Origin: Clostridiales bacterium
GTDB taxonomy: Bacteria > Bacillota > Desulfotomaculia > Desulfotomaculales > VENG01
DNA: 64,000 nt
Direction: 5' to 3'
Assembly (NCBI GenBank): GCA_016278505.1
Contig: JADQBQ010000002.1
Location: forward strand, 1,123-65,122
The position numbers and the translations under genes were made by a program. A model generated the notes under the pieces. That model was not told the origin of the DNA. It worked only from the letters and a program-made list of their open reading frames with translations, and did not search any database. Shown in pieces: positions 37,905 to 47,776 of this stretch. Numbering within the stretch: position 1 is the stretch's first letter; the number at the start of each line of letters is the position of its first letter.

Positions 37905-39320
37905 TTGAACGAAAAAAATACCAACAAAAACAGCCTAAACCTTATTTCGTTGGAACAGGCGGTATCTCTAAACAGAAGTGACATACGAAAACTACATAAA
38001 GAATATGGTAATTCAGGCCTTACTTCCACAATGAGCCTTTTAGACTTCGACAAAAATTTTGTCAGAGCCCAAGGAGCAAGTGTATGGGACAGTGACGGTA
38101 ATAAATATTTGGACTTTCTGGGCGGGTTCGGCTCACTTAACGTAGGCCACAATCATCCTAAAATTCTCGCTGCACTCGAAACGGCAAATCAATTACCAAG
38201 CATCATACCCGCATCATTACCGGCCCTGGCGGGCGCCCTGGCAAAAAACTTAGCCCAAATCACCCCGGGTGACCTGCAAAGATCTTTCTTCTGCAACAGC
38301 GGGGCTGAAGCAGTTGAGGGGGCACTAAAACTGGCCCGCGCAGCGACTGGAAAAACAAATATCGTATTTTGTGATAATTCCTTTCACGGCAAAACCTTTG
38401 GGGCCTTATCAGTTACCGGAAGGGATAAATACCAAAAGCCCTTTGAGCCGCTTCTGCCTGGTTGTCATTCGGTACCTTTCAATGATGTAGACGCCCTGGT
38501 AAAAGCTTTAAGTTCATTTTCTCCCGCGGCATTTATAGTTGAGCCCATACAGGGTGAGGGCGGGATTATCACACCTTCAAAAGAGTATTTTAAACAGGTG
38601 CAAAAGATATGCAAAAAATACAGTACGCTTTTGATTATCGATGAAGTTCAGACCGGTTTAGGCCGTACAGGTAAAATGTTTGCATGTGAGCGCCACCATA
38701 TAGAACCTGATGTTCTTTGTTTGGCCAAATCTCTAGGTGGAGGGACAATGCCCATAGGGGCATTTGTCACCAAGGATGCTATCTGGAGAAAAGCCTACGG
38801 TGGTATGGATAAGGCTACTTTACATACTTCCACCTTTGGGGGAAATTCCCGGGCTGCAGCTGCCGGGCTGGCCACCCTGCAAGTAATTTATGAGGAAAAC
38901 CTGCTTGATAAGACAAAGCAAAACGGAGATTTCTTTCTTGATCAATTGAACAGGCTTAAAAATAAGCATCCCCTTATAAAAGAAGTAAGGGGACAGGGGC
39001 TTATGATTGGGTTGGAATTTAATCAGGTAGAAGGTTTGGGCGATAAATTAAGCATGGGGATTACAAATAAGCTCTCCCAGGAGTATATGGGCAGCCTTGT
39101 TGCCGGAGAATTAATGAACGAGTTCAAAATCATTACTGCTTATACTTTAAACAATCCCAATGTTATCCGGCTTGAACCACCTTTAATTGTTTCCCGCGAA
39201 GAATTGGAGGCAGTTGTGGATGCTTTTGATAAAATTCTTTCGCGTCACCGGGGGTTCTTTAGTGTTGCTGCTTCGGGGGCCAGGACAATCCTGAAGTCAT
39301 TCAGGCAGAATAATAAATAA
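37905..39320 (+). CDS. Class III PLP aminotransferase (putrescine/HpnO-like)
   Basis: YLDFLGGFG, NSGAEAVEGA, SFHGKT, EPIQGEGG, DEVQTGLGRTG, LAKSLGGG, HTSTFGGN. Confidence 0.9.
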   Translation: MNEKNTNKNSLNLISLEQAVSLNRSDIRKLHKEYGNSGLTSTMSLLDFDKNFVRAQGASVWDSDGNKYLDFLGGFGSLNVGHNHPKILAALETANQLPSIIPASLPALAGALAKNLAQITPGDLQRSFFCNSGAEAVEGALKLARAATGKTNIVFCDNSFHGKTFGALSVTGRDKYQKPFEPLLPGCHSVPFNDVDALVKALSSFSPAAFIVEPIQGEGGIITPSKEYFKQVQKICKKYSTLLIIDEVQTGLGRTGKMFACERHHIEPDVLCLAKSLGGGTMPIGAFVTKDAIWRKAYGGMDKATLHTSTFGGNSRAAAAGLATLQVIYEENLLDKTKQNGDFFLDQLNRLKNKHPLIKEVRGQGLMIGLEFNQVEGLGDKLSMGITNKLSQEYMGSLVAGELMNEFKIITAYTLNNPNVIRLEPPLIVSREELEAVVDAFDKILSRHRGFFSVAASGARTILKSFRQNNK

Positions 39321-39395
39321 ACCTAAGCCTGGCTTGTTCGCTTTAAGTAGGATCGTAATCCGGCCAGCCTTCGGCCGGCCAGGGCTTGGTAGCTC

Positions 39396-39688
39396 AACCT
39401 GCCTTTTGCGCCCGCTCATTCATTTCATCTCGCAGCGCCAGGCTAAGCTCAGTCTCACGCTCCAGCGGGGTTCCCAAATTAATAAGCCTCATCTTAAGAC
39501 CAGATATTTCCGCAATGGCTTAGATAAGAGTTGTATTACGAAAACAGCGGTGATGCCATTGCTGTCCGCCGTCCTGGCTCAGGGGGCGGCCTCGCACGTC
39601 CTGTGCTCGGCCCCGCTTCCGCTTATCGACTTCGCTAAGCCTGGCTGCTGCTCGATTCAATTCATTCGCTCTGCGCAAAAGGCAGGTT
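39396..39688. repeat. Structured element, copy 2, with a ~90-bp internal insertion
   Basis: Collinear with 35690-35901; IR AACCTGCCTTTTGCGC/GCGCAAAAGGCAGGTT; extra segment ~39476-39566. Confidence 0.8.
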
Positions 39689-39736
39689 TGTCGTAATCTT
39701 ACGCCCAAACCCATAAAAAGGTAGCCGTGTTCCCAC

Positions 39737-40582
39737 TTAATCAGGTCTTAGTGCTTGGTAGCCTGCCAGCAGGCTTCTTGTCAATGGCCCGGGTTTACCG
39801 TCACCGATTTCGATATCGTCCACCCTGGTTACCGGGGCTACTTCATGAATGGTGTTGGTGCAAAACACTTCTTCCGCAGCCGTTAGTTCCGTGGCGGAAA
39901 AAGGTTCCTCCCTAACTTCTACACCCATTGACTCAGCAATTTGAATAACATACTTTCTGGTAATACCGGGAAGTATTTTGTTGCCGTTAGGATATGTTTT
40001 TAGTATACCCTGTTTAATTATGAACACATTGCTGGAGGCAGCCTCGGTTACAGTACCGTCATCCATTACAAAGACTGCTTCTACCGCCCCGCTCTTCTGT
40101 GCCTTGTGCTTAGCCAGAATATTTGCCTGCAGGGAAATGCTTTTAACGTTGCACATCTGCCAGCGCAGATCCGGGTGTGTAATTACTTTAATTCCTTCAC
40201 TGTACATAGATGGCGGAATTTCCGGCACATGCCGTACGGTAACTAACAGGTTAGGCTTTATCCCGGCGTCAAAGGTATGATTACGAGGAGCCGTTCCCCG
40301 GCTGAGCTGTATATAAACCATTGCTTCTTTAATGCCGGATTCTGTCAAAAGTTCTTCGCATATGGCGCCGATATCTTTTTCCACCTCAGGTAGGTCTATT
40401 TCCACGGCAGCTGCACTGGACTTTAATCGCTCCAGATGGTCCTGTAGTGCAAACATCTTTCCATTATAAGCGCGAATCACTTCATAAATGCCGTCTCCAA
40501 AAATATAGCCCCGGTCATTGACTGAGATATGAGCCTCTGCAAATGAGCCAATCCATCCGTTCAGATATACCAGTTCTTTCAT
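39737..40582 (-). CDS. dat: D-amino-acid aminotransferase (class IV PLP)
   Basis: DRGYIFGDGIYEV, RGTAPRNH, RWQMCNVKS, ILPGITR. Confidence 0.85.
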   Translation of the reverse strand: MKELVYLNGWIGSFAEAHISVNDRGYIFGDGIYEVIRAYNGKMFALQDHLERLKSSAAAVEIDLPEVEKDIGAICEELLTESGIKEAMVYIQLSRGTAPRNHTFDAGIKPNLLVTVRHVPEIPPSMYSEGIKVITHPDLRWQMCNVKSISLQANILAKHKAQKSGAVEAVFVMDDGTVTEAASSNVFIIKQGILKTYPNGNKILPGITRKYVIQIAESMGVEVREEPFSATELTAAEEVFCTNTIHEVAPVTRVDDIEIGDGKPGPLTRSLLAGYQALRPD

Positions 40583-40656
40583 ATTATCCCTCATTCGAAT
40601 AAATTAATTGACTATATAATATCTTTTGGATTAGCTAAAAGGCAATATATTATAGA

Positions 40657-40688
40657 AAAAAACGGTGCCGCGCCCGGCACCGTTTTTT
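40657..40688 (-). terminator. Terminator after mtaD
   Basis: AAAAAACGGTGCCG-loop-CGGCACCGTTTTTT. Confidence 0.85.
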
Positions 40689-40691
40689 AAA

Positions 40692-42005
40692 CTATTTACC
40701 TGCCGCCTCTTTCACCAGCCGGTCAGCACATTCTTGTGCTTTAGCGCAAATTTCATCTACATCTACTGTCAGCAGGCGGCGGTTTTCCATAAGTATCTGC
40801 CCGTTGACAATGGTTGTATCGATGTCGGCGGATGAAGCAGCATATGCCACATGAGAAGCAGGATTGTGGAGCGGATACAGGTGTGGTTTATCCATATCGA
40901 TAAGTATTATGTCGGCCTTATAACCGGGCTTTAGCATGCCTACTTCTTTTTCCATGCCTAACACCCTGGCTCCCTCTCTAGTGGCCATACCCAAAGCGGC
41001 AGATGCCGGCAAGGCGGTTGCATCTTCGGTGGAAACCTTTTGCAGGAATGATGCGCTGCGCAATTCTTCCAGCATATCCAAATTGTTATTGCTGGACGCG
41101 CCGTCTGTTCCCAGCCCAACTACTGCTCCGGCGTCTATTAGTTTTTGTACCGGCGCTATACCGCTGGCTAACTTCATATTGCTTTCGGGATTATGAGCAA
41201 TACCAACCTTTTTAGTGCTTAGTATTTCTATGTCTTTATCATCCAAATGCACGCAATGAGCGGCAAGGACCGGAAGTTCAAAGAGCCCAATACTGTCCAT
41301 GAGCTGAGTGGGTGTCTTTCCGTACTGCTCAGTTATGTCGGTGAACTCCCCGCGGGTTTCTGCCAGGTGAATGTGGATACCCACATTTAGTTCTTTCGCG
41401 TATTCCATAGCCTGCTGAACAAACTCGGGCGGGCATGTATAAGGGGCGTGGGGTCCGAACATACACTTAATTCTTCCTTCTGCCGTACCGTTATAATTCT
41501 TTATAAATTCTTTACTTTCTTCCAAGGCCTGGGGGCCGTTGGGGGCTATACCGATCATGCCCCGGCTTAAAACAGCTCTCAGACCCGACTTTTCTACCGA
41601 TTCGGCAATCCGGTCCATGTGCATGTACATATCAGCAAAAGTGGTGGTCCCTGACATTATCATTTCCACGCAACAAAGCATAGCTCCCCAGTAATTATCA
41701 TCCGACGTCATATTATCCTCAAATGGCCAAATCATTTCCTGCAGCCATTTCATCAAGGGGAGATCATCGGCATAACTGCGCAGCAGGGTCATGGAAGCAT
41801 GGGTGTGACAGTTGACAAAGCCGGGCAGAGCAACCATCTTGTCACCACCGGTGGTTTTTTCAGCTACAAAATCTCCGGTGGTTGACCCCGCCGGGCCAAC
41901 ATGAATAATGCGGTCGCCGTCAACCGCTATTTCGCCGCCGGAAAAGACCTCACCATTTTCATTCATGGTAAGAATGTTTCCGGCTTTAATCAAAAGTTTT
42001 GCCAT
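40692..42005 (-). CDS. mtaD: 5'-methylthioadenosine/S-adenosylhomocysteine/5'-deoxyadenosine deaminase (amidohydrolase)
   Basis: PGFVNCHTH, PHAPYTC, HIHLAET, HNPESNMKLASG, GTDGASSNNNLD; cluster context. Confidence 0.85.
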   Translation of the reverse strand: MAKLLIKAGNILTMNENGEVFSGGEIAVDGDRIIHVGPAGSTTGDFVAEKTTGGDKMVALPGFVNCHTHASMTLLRSYADDLPLMKWLQEMIWPFEDNMTSDDNYWGAMLCCVEMIMSGTTTFADMYMHMDRIAESVEKSGLRAVLSRGMIGIAPNGPQALEESKEFIKNYNGTAEGRIKCMFGPHAPYTCPPEFVQQAMEYAKELNVGIHIHLAETRGEFTDITEQYGKTPTQLMDSIGLFELPVLAAHCVHLDDKDIEILSTKKVGIAHNPESNMKLASGIAPVQKLIDAGAVVGLGTDGASSNNNLDMLEELRSASFLQKVSTEDATALPASAALGMATREGARVLGMEKEVGMLKPGYKADIILIDMDKPHLYPLHNPASHVAYAASSADIDTTIVNGQILMENRRLLTVDVDEICAKAQECADRLVKEAAGK

Positions 42006-42093
42006 CTATTTACCGGTAAAGACCGGTTCCCTCCCTTCATTATAAAAGTTATCCATATTGATCACACCCGCCCCTTTTTAGGGCGGGTGGTTT

Positions 42094-42741
42094 CTAATTC
42101 TCTGTATTCTGTCCGTAACTTTGCAAAAAGGCACTCCGCAAAGAAGAAACATCCTTTTCATCAAGGCAGAACGGGGAACCCACGGACAGGCTCATGATAT
42201 ATACACGGCAAGCCTTCTCGACTATTTGGCAGATAAGTAGAGCTTCCCTGATGTCCTTACCTACTCCTACCAGTCCATGGTTAGCTAAAAGTACAGCCCC
42301 GCAGTCTCCCAGGGTTTGTGAAGCAGAACAGGCTAACTCTTCACTGCCGGCCGGGGCATATTCGCTGACCGGAACCTCTCCACCCACAAGCTGAGCTTGT
42401 TCCTCCAGTATAACCGGGAGATTAATACGAGACACCGCCAGTGCACTTGCATAAATACTGTGAGTATGCATTATGGCATGCACGTCCGGCCTGTTACGAT
42501 AAATCTCCAGGTGCAGCGGAGCTTCTGTGGACGGGCGCCTAAAACCTGATTTTACGTTCCCCGAATTATTTAGTAATACTATATCCTGGACATTCAGAGA
42601 ATCATAAGGCATCCCGCTTGGCGTGATAATCAGGCCATCTGCAACGCGCATCGAAGCATTTCCCCAGGTGCCGGCCACGAGGCCGCTGCCGATCATATCA
42701 TTACAAGCCGCTATCAGCTCCAGGCCGGCTTTATTATTCAT
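42094..42741 (-). CDS. Class II aldolase/adducin family protein (Ald2/FucA-like)
   Basis: GTWGNAS, ITPSG, PSTE..LH, HTHS, LLANHG. Confidence 0.88.
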   Translation of the reverse strand: MNNKAGLELIAACNDMIGSGLVAGTWGNASMRVADGLIITPSGMPYDSLNVQDIVLLNNSGNVKSGFRRPSTEAPLHLEIYRNRPDVHAIMHTHSIYASALAVSRINLPVILEEQAQLVGGEVPVSEYAPAGSEELACSASQTLGDCGAVLLANHGLVGVGKDIREALLICQIVEKACRVYIMSLSVGSPFCLDEKDVSSLRSAFLQSYGQNTEN

Positions 42742-43987
42742 CTCCCCAGCTGTTAAGGTACGCATATTGATCGTCGGTTAAGCGGTCAATTTCAATACCC
42801 ATGGACTTCAATTTAAGGTCTGCAACACGGCGATCCAGATCTTCCGGTACTACATATACTTTTTTATCCAACTGCGCACCGTGATTTAATATATGCCGGG
42901 CAGATAATGCCTGCAGGGCAAAGGACATGTCCATAATCTCCGCCGGGTGCCCGTCACCTGCCGCCAAATTTACCAAACGTCCCTCTGCTAACAGGTAAAT
43001 GCGGCGCCCGTCCGGAAGTTTAAACTCTTCAATATTTGTGCGTACTTCCCTGCGGGAAACAGAAGACTTTTCAAGCTCTGGAATATTTATCTCCAAATCG
43101 AAGTGCCCTGCATTACACAGTATAGCACCATCTTTCATCCGGTTATAGTGCCGTTCACGCAGAAGATCCTTACAGCCCGTTACCGTAACAAAAACATCTC
43201 CACGAGAGGCAGCCTCGTCGCTGCTCATAACTTCAAAGCCGTCCATATATGCTTCAATAGCTTTGATGGGGTCAACGTCACATACTATCACCTTTGCACC
43301 CAGGCCTTTAGCACGCATAGCAACGCCTTTACCGCACCACCCATAACCGAAAACAACAACTGTTTTTCCGGCTACTATAAGATTTGTTGTACGCATAATT
43401 CCTGACCATGTGGATTCTCCGGTGCCATATCTATTGTCAAAAAGATATTTGCAAAAAGCATCGTTAACAGCAAGCATAGGAAAACGAAGCTGACCGGCCT
43501 GTTCCATAGCCCTTAAACGGAGTACACCGGTGGTGGTTTCCTCACTACCACCGATCACTTCACCGGCTTGGTCTTTCAGCTCTGTATGCAGCATATGCAC
43601 CAAGTCACCGCCGTCATCTATAATAATGCGAGGTCGGGTTGACAACGTTTTCCGCAGGTGTTCATTATATTCTTCGCTGGTAGAGTTATACCATGCAAAA
43701 ACATTGATATCTTCCTTGGCAAGTGCCGCTGCCACATCATCCTGGGTGGAAAGGGGATTGGAACCTGTAATTGCTACCTCAGCTCCACCAGCCCTCATTA
43801 CTTCTGCCAAATATGCAGTTTTCGCTTCCAAATGAATGCTCATTGCTACCCGCATCCCTTTAAAAGGAAGCTCTCTTTCAAATTCATCACGGATGGCGTT
43901 TAATACAGGCATGTGGGCCCTTACCCACTCAATTTTGAGCCTGCCGCTATCTGCCAGGTTGATGTCACGAACAATGTAGTCAGACAC
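42734..43987 (-). CDS. ahcY: Adenosylhomocysteinase
   Basis: [47 protein letters not shown]. Confidence 0.96.
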   Translation of the reverse strand: MSDYIVRDINLADSGRLKIEWVRAHMPVLNAIRDEFERELPFKGMRVAMSIHLEAKTAYLAEVMRAGGAEVAITGSNPLSTQDDVAAALAKEDINVFAWYNSTSEEYNEHLRKTLSTRPRIIIDDGGDLVHMLHTELKDQAGEVIGGSEETTTGVLRLRAMEQAGQLRFPMLAVNDAFCKYLFDNRYGTGESTWSGIMRTTNLIVAGKTVVVFGYGWCGKGVAMRAKGLGAKVIVCDVDPIKAIEAYMDGFEVMSSDEAASRGDVFVTVTGCKDLLRERHYNRMKDGAILCNAGHFDLEINIPELEKSSVSRREVRTNIEEFKLPDGRRIYLLAEGRLVNLAAGDGHPAEIMDMSFALQALSARHILNHGAQLDKKVYVVPEDLDRRVADLKLKSMGIEIDRLTDDQYAYLNSWGDE

Positions 43988-44025
43988 TTATATTTTCCTC
44001 CCTTTTTTATGTTGATTGTCTACGG

Positions 44026-45054
44026 TTATTTAAGAGCCGCAAGGCCCTGGGCATATGGAGAACGGGCAATTCCCTTATCTGTGATTATAGCTGTCACCAG
44101 GTCAGACGGGGTTACATCAAAGGCAGGGTTCCAGACCCGGACACCTTCCGGAGCGACAGCCTGCCCGGCCAGGCCTGTAACTTCGTGCCATTCCCGTTCC
44201 TCAATGGGAATTTGGCTCCCGGAACCAAGTTTAAAATCTATGGTTGACATAGGCGCGGCCACATAAAACGGTATGTTATGTTGTTTAGCCAAAACAGCTA
44301 CACTGTAAGTACCGATTTTATTGGCTACATCTCCGTTGGCTGCTATACGGTCAGCGCCCACAATGACTATGTCCACCATACCCTTATACATTAAATACCC
44401 TGCCATATTATCAGTAATTATAGTGACCGGGATATTTTCCTGCATCATTTCCCATGCAGTCAACCGGGCACCCTGCAAAAGCGGTCTGGTTTCGTCTGCA
44501 TAAACGCTAATATCTAAACCCTTTTCATGGGCTGCTCGTATTACCCCCAGTGCCGTGCCGTAACCAGCTGTGGCCAATGCTCCGGCATTGCAATGGGTTA
44601 ATATCCTGGCTCCGTGGGGGATAAGGTTAAGGCCGTGCTGCCCCATCTGCTTATTCCCTTCGACATCCTCGTTAAAGATTTTATGTGCTTCCTCAAGCAT
44701 ATCCGAGATAATACCCGCCGTATCCCGGGCATGGCTTGAATGTACACGGGCAAGCATGCGTTCTAACGCCCACTGCAGGTTAACAGCAGTAGGGCGAGTA
44801 GAAGCTATTTCCCGCGCAATGTCCTCTATTTTTTTTATAAAGGTAGTTTGATTAAGATGCTCTTCAGAAAGAGCTCCAATAACTAACCCGTAAGCTGCTG
44901 ATGCTCCAATAGCCGGGGCTCCCCGTACACTAAGCCGTTTGATGGACTGCATCACATCATGGTAGTCTGTGCATTCCAGGTATACCGTTTTCGATGGTAG
45001 TTGGGTTTGATCCAGCAGCTTTAGGCATCTGTCTTCCCAGTACATTGTTTCCAT
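44026..45054 (-). CDS. mtnA: S-methyl-5-thioribose-1-phosphate isomerase
   Basis: VRGAPAIG, RPTAVNL, THCNAGALAT, ETRPLLQGARLT, NGDVANKIGT, NPAFDVTP. Confidence 0.96.
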   Translation of the reverse strand: METMYWEDRCLKLLDQTQLPSKTVYLECTDYHDVMQSIKRLSVRGAPAIGASAAYGLVIGALSEEHLNQTTFIKKIEDIAREIASTRPTAVNLQWALERMLARVHSSHARDTAGIISDMLEEAHKIFNEDVEGNKQMGQHGLNLIPHGARILTHCNAGALATAGYGTALGVIRAAHEKGLDISVYADETRPLLQGARLTAWEMMQENIPVTIITDNMAGYLMYKGMVDIVIVGADRIAANGDVANKIGTYSVAVLAKQHNIPFYVAAPMSTIDFKLGSGSQIPIEEREWHEVTGLAGQAVAPEGVRVWNPAFDVTPSDLVTAIITDKGIARSPYAQGLAALK

Positions 45055-45091
45055 TAGGGCTAACTCCAATCTTAGAAGAGGTTGTTTGATA

Positions 45092-45877
45092 TTATTTAGT
45101 GACCGAGGGGTCTTCAGCCGGCTCATGGCAAATGCACGACCGTCTCTCATCCAAAACGGAAATGGTACCCATTACCAGTTTGCGCAGGTTGTTAGCATTC
45201 TCATCCATTACATCCAAAACCTCCTGGTGCGACAGCCTATCCTGTGAAATCCCTGCGCCAAAATTAGTCACCATGGCGATGGTTGCGTAGCACATTTGTG
45301 CTTCCCGGGCCAGGACTACTTCCGGTACGCTGGTCATTCCCGCTAAATCTCCTCCCAGACGAGAAAACATGCTTACTTCAGCCGGTGTTTCAAACCTTGG
45401 CCCCTCAGTGCACACGTAGGTACCCTGATTGTGATATGAAAGCCCTAATTTTTTTGCTGATTGCTCCAACAATGATCGCAGTTGAGGGCAGTAGGGATCG
45501 GTCATATCCAAGTGGATTACCCCTTCCTCCACAAAGGTTTGCGGACGTGATTTAGTAAAGTCTAAAAACTGGTCAACAAACACAAAATCCTTTGGTTTCA
45601 TAGCTTTATTGAACGAACCAACGGCAGCGGTAGCAAAAATGTTTTTTACCCCGAGATCTTTCAGAGCCATTATGTTTGCCCGGTAATTTACCAGGTGCGG
45701 CGGCACCGAGTGATCCTCACCATGCCTGGCCATAAAAGCTACCGACTTGCCCCGATATTTGCCGACCTTAACCTTTACTTTCCCCCATGTGGTCATGACC
45801 GTTTCATCCCTTATGTCCTCGAGTATGTTCGGGTCATATACCCCGGTACCTCCAATAATACCAATCTTAATTGTCAT
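45092..45877 (-). CDS. mtnP: S-methyl-5'-thioadenosine phosphorylase
   Basis: IGIIGGTG, RHG..H..PPH..NYRAN, EGPRFETPAE, GMT.VPE, VTN. Confidence 0.9.
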   Translation of the reverse strand: MTIKIGIIGGTGVYDPNILEDIRDETVMTTWGKVKVKVGKYRGKSVAFMARHGEDHSVPPHLVNYRANIMALKDLGVKNIFATAAVGSFNKAMKPKDFVFVDQFLDFTKSRPQTFVEEGVIHLDMTDPYCPQLRSLLEQSAKKLGLSYHNQGTYVCTEGPRFETPAEVSMFSRLGGDLAGMTSVPEVVLAREAQMCYATIAMVTNFGAGISQDRLSHQEVLDVMDENANNLRKLVMGTISVLDERRSCICHEPAEDPSVTK

Positions 45878-45933
45878 CTTTTACCCTCCAATATGCAAGC
45901 CTTTGCAGATAGCATGGTTGCTTAACATAGTTG

Positions 45934-45963
45934 GTATTCGCTGTATTTTCAATGTTTTCCTTT
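45934..45963 (-). promoter_or_regulatory. Sigma-H-like promoter for the mtnP operon
   Basis: AAAGGAAAACATTGAAAATACAGCGAATAC; AGGA-18-GAAT. Confidence 0.55.
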
Positions 45964-46012
45964 CTCCAAGTGACAATTTCACATGATTTTAAAAGTTGTC
46001 GGAGATACAATA

Positions 46013-46040
46013 AAAGTAAGGCTGGCCAGCCTTACTTTTT
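46013..46040 (-). terminator. Terminator after ftsY
   Basis: AAAAGTAAGGCTGGCCAGCCTTACTTTT palindrome. Confidence 0.8.
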
Positions 46041-46043
46041 AAT

Positions 46044-46991
46044 TTACTCTATTTCATGTTCATCTTCGCTATTATCTATTTTTGTGAACAGAGCTGCTGC
46101 GAATTCTCCAGCATCAAACACACGCAAGTCATCCAATCCCTCACCGATTCCAATTAGTTTCACCGGTATATTCAAAGATTCGTTAATACCAATAATAACC
46201 CCACCTTTGGCCGTTCCGTCCAATTTTGTTAAAACGATACCTGTTAAGTCTATTGCTTCATTAAACAGTTTGGCTTGGCTAATAGCGTTTTGCCCGGTGG
46301 TAGCATCAAGAACTAATAGGGTTTCGTGAGGTGCTTCAGGAATTTCACGCCGCAAAACTCTATAAATTTTTTTGAGCTCTTCCATTAGGTTGCTTTTTGT
46401 ATGTAATCTACCGGCAGTATCGATAATCAGGACATCGGCATTACGAGCTTTAGCTGCCTGCAGCGAATCATACGCCACCGCCGCAGGGTCAGCACCATGC
46501 TGGTGCTTAATTACATCTACCCCAACCCTATGTCCCCATATTTCCAGCTGCTCTATGGCCGCTGCCCGAAAAGTGTCCGCTGCCCCGATAATAACTTTTT
46601 GGCCCTGAGACTTACACATGTAAGCCAGTTTTCCGATGGTTGTAGTTTTACCTACCCCGTTAACACCCACTACCATAACCACAACCGGCCCGGGCACATT
46701 AAGCATTAATGCCTGGTTTTCCCCGCCCAGAACGTCCTGAATTAACTCCTGCAGCAGGGGTGTTACCTCTACGGCTTCCTTTATTTTGCGCTGCCTTACC
46801 TCCCCGCGAAGGTTTTCTACCAAATCAATAGCAATATCAGCGCCCATATCAGCCTCTATCATAATTTCTTCCAGTTCTTCATAAAGGCTTTCATCAATAT
46901 TTTTACGTACTTTGACTAAGTTCTCAACTTTTTCCACAAACCCTTGGCGAGTCTTGCCCAGGCTGTCCTTAAGTTTTTTAAATAATCCCAT
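46044..46991 (-). CDS. ftsY: SRP receptor FtsY
   Basis: GVNGVGKTTTIGKLA, DTFRAAA, DTAGRL, TKLDGTAKGG. Confidence 0.98.
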   Translation of the reverse strand: MGLFKKLKDSLGKTRQGFVEKVENLVKVRKNIDESLYEELEEIMIEADMGADIAIDLVENLRGEVRQRKIKEAVEVTPLLQELIQDVLGGENQALMLNVPGPVVVMVVGVNGVGKTTTIGKLAYMCKSQGQKVIIGAADTFRAAAIEQLEIWGHRVGVDVIKHQHGADPAAVAYDSLQAAKARNADVLIIDTAGRLHTKSNLMEELKKIYRVLRREIPEAPHETLLVLDATTGQNAISQAKLFNEAIDLTGIVLTKLDGTAKGGVIIGINESLNIPVKLIGIGEGLDDLRVFDAGEFAAALFTKIDNSEDEHEIE

Positions 46992-47015
46992 GAAAGATAA
47001 CTACCTCCGGTTTAC

Positions 47016-47720
47016 TTACTCCTTTTCTAGGACATTTAGAGCCTTTCTCGCGGCTTCCTGCTCGGCCTCCTTTTTAGAATGCCCCTGTCCTTCACCCAGT
47101 ATTTTTCCCCGGTGGCTTACAGTAACAGTAAAAGTCTTATCGTGATCAGGCCCTTCTGCATGTACTAACTGGTACTTTACAGGTTCACTGTAGCGCTGCT
47201 GCAGGTATTCCTGCAATTCAGTCTTAAAGTCCCTTCCGTATGTCCCGCTTAAAACCCCCTGCAAAACTTCATCAAGCTCTCTTAAGGCAAAATCTCTGGC
47301 TAAATGGAACCCCTTGTCCAAGTACAATGCCCCCAGCAGTGCCTCAAACACATCAGCCAGAATTGAAGGCCGCTTTCGGCCGCCTGAACGTTCCTCTCCT
47401 CTTCCCATAAACATAGACCTGCCCAGATCTAATTTACGGGCAACGGAAGCCAGGGAGGGCTCACAAACTATCCTGGCCCTCATTTTAGTTAACTCCCCCT
47501 CCGGTTTGTCCGGACACAATAAGAATAAATGTTCACTTATGATCAGTTCAAGAACTGCATCGCCAAGGAATTCCAGACGTTCATTGTGTTTTATATTTGC
47601 CTGGCCTTTATTTTCGTACGCATATGAACTGTGAGTCAGAGCCTCTTGCAAGAGAGAAGTTCGCTCCCAGTCTATGTTTAGCACTCTTCGGAGGTTTTCC
47701 ATACTTGTATCGAAAGACAT
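47016..47720 (-). CDS. rnc: Ribonuclease III
   Basis: NERLEFLGDAVL, dsRBD with GPDHDK, SKKEAEQ. Confidence 0.97.
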   Translation of the reverse strand: MSFDTSMENLRRVLNIDWERTSLLQEALTHSSYAYENKGQANIKHNERLEFLGDAVLELIISEHLFLLCPDKPEGELTKMRARIVCEPSLASVARKLDLGRSMFMGRGEERSGGRKRPSILADVFEALLGALYLDKGFHLARDFALRELDEVLQGVLSGTYGRDFKTELQEYLQQRYSEPVKYQLVHAEGPDHDKTFTVTVSHRGKILGEGQGHSKKEAEQEAARKALNVLEKE

Positions 47721-47776
47721 TTTCTCACCTGTTATCTTTATTAAAGGTTATTGTAATCTTTTTAGACAATTCATTC

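Noticed and set aside
45878-45935. SAM or SAH riboswitch before mtnP
   Set aside because: The leader is short. A small hairpin exists (TATGTTAAGC/GCTTGCATA), but there is no S-box or SAH consensus that I can recognise.
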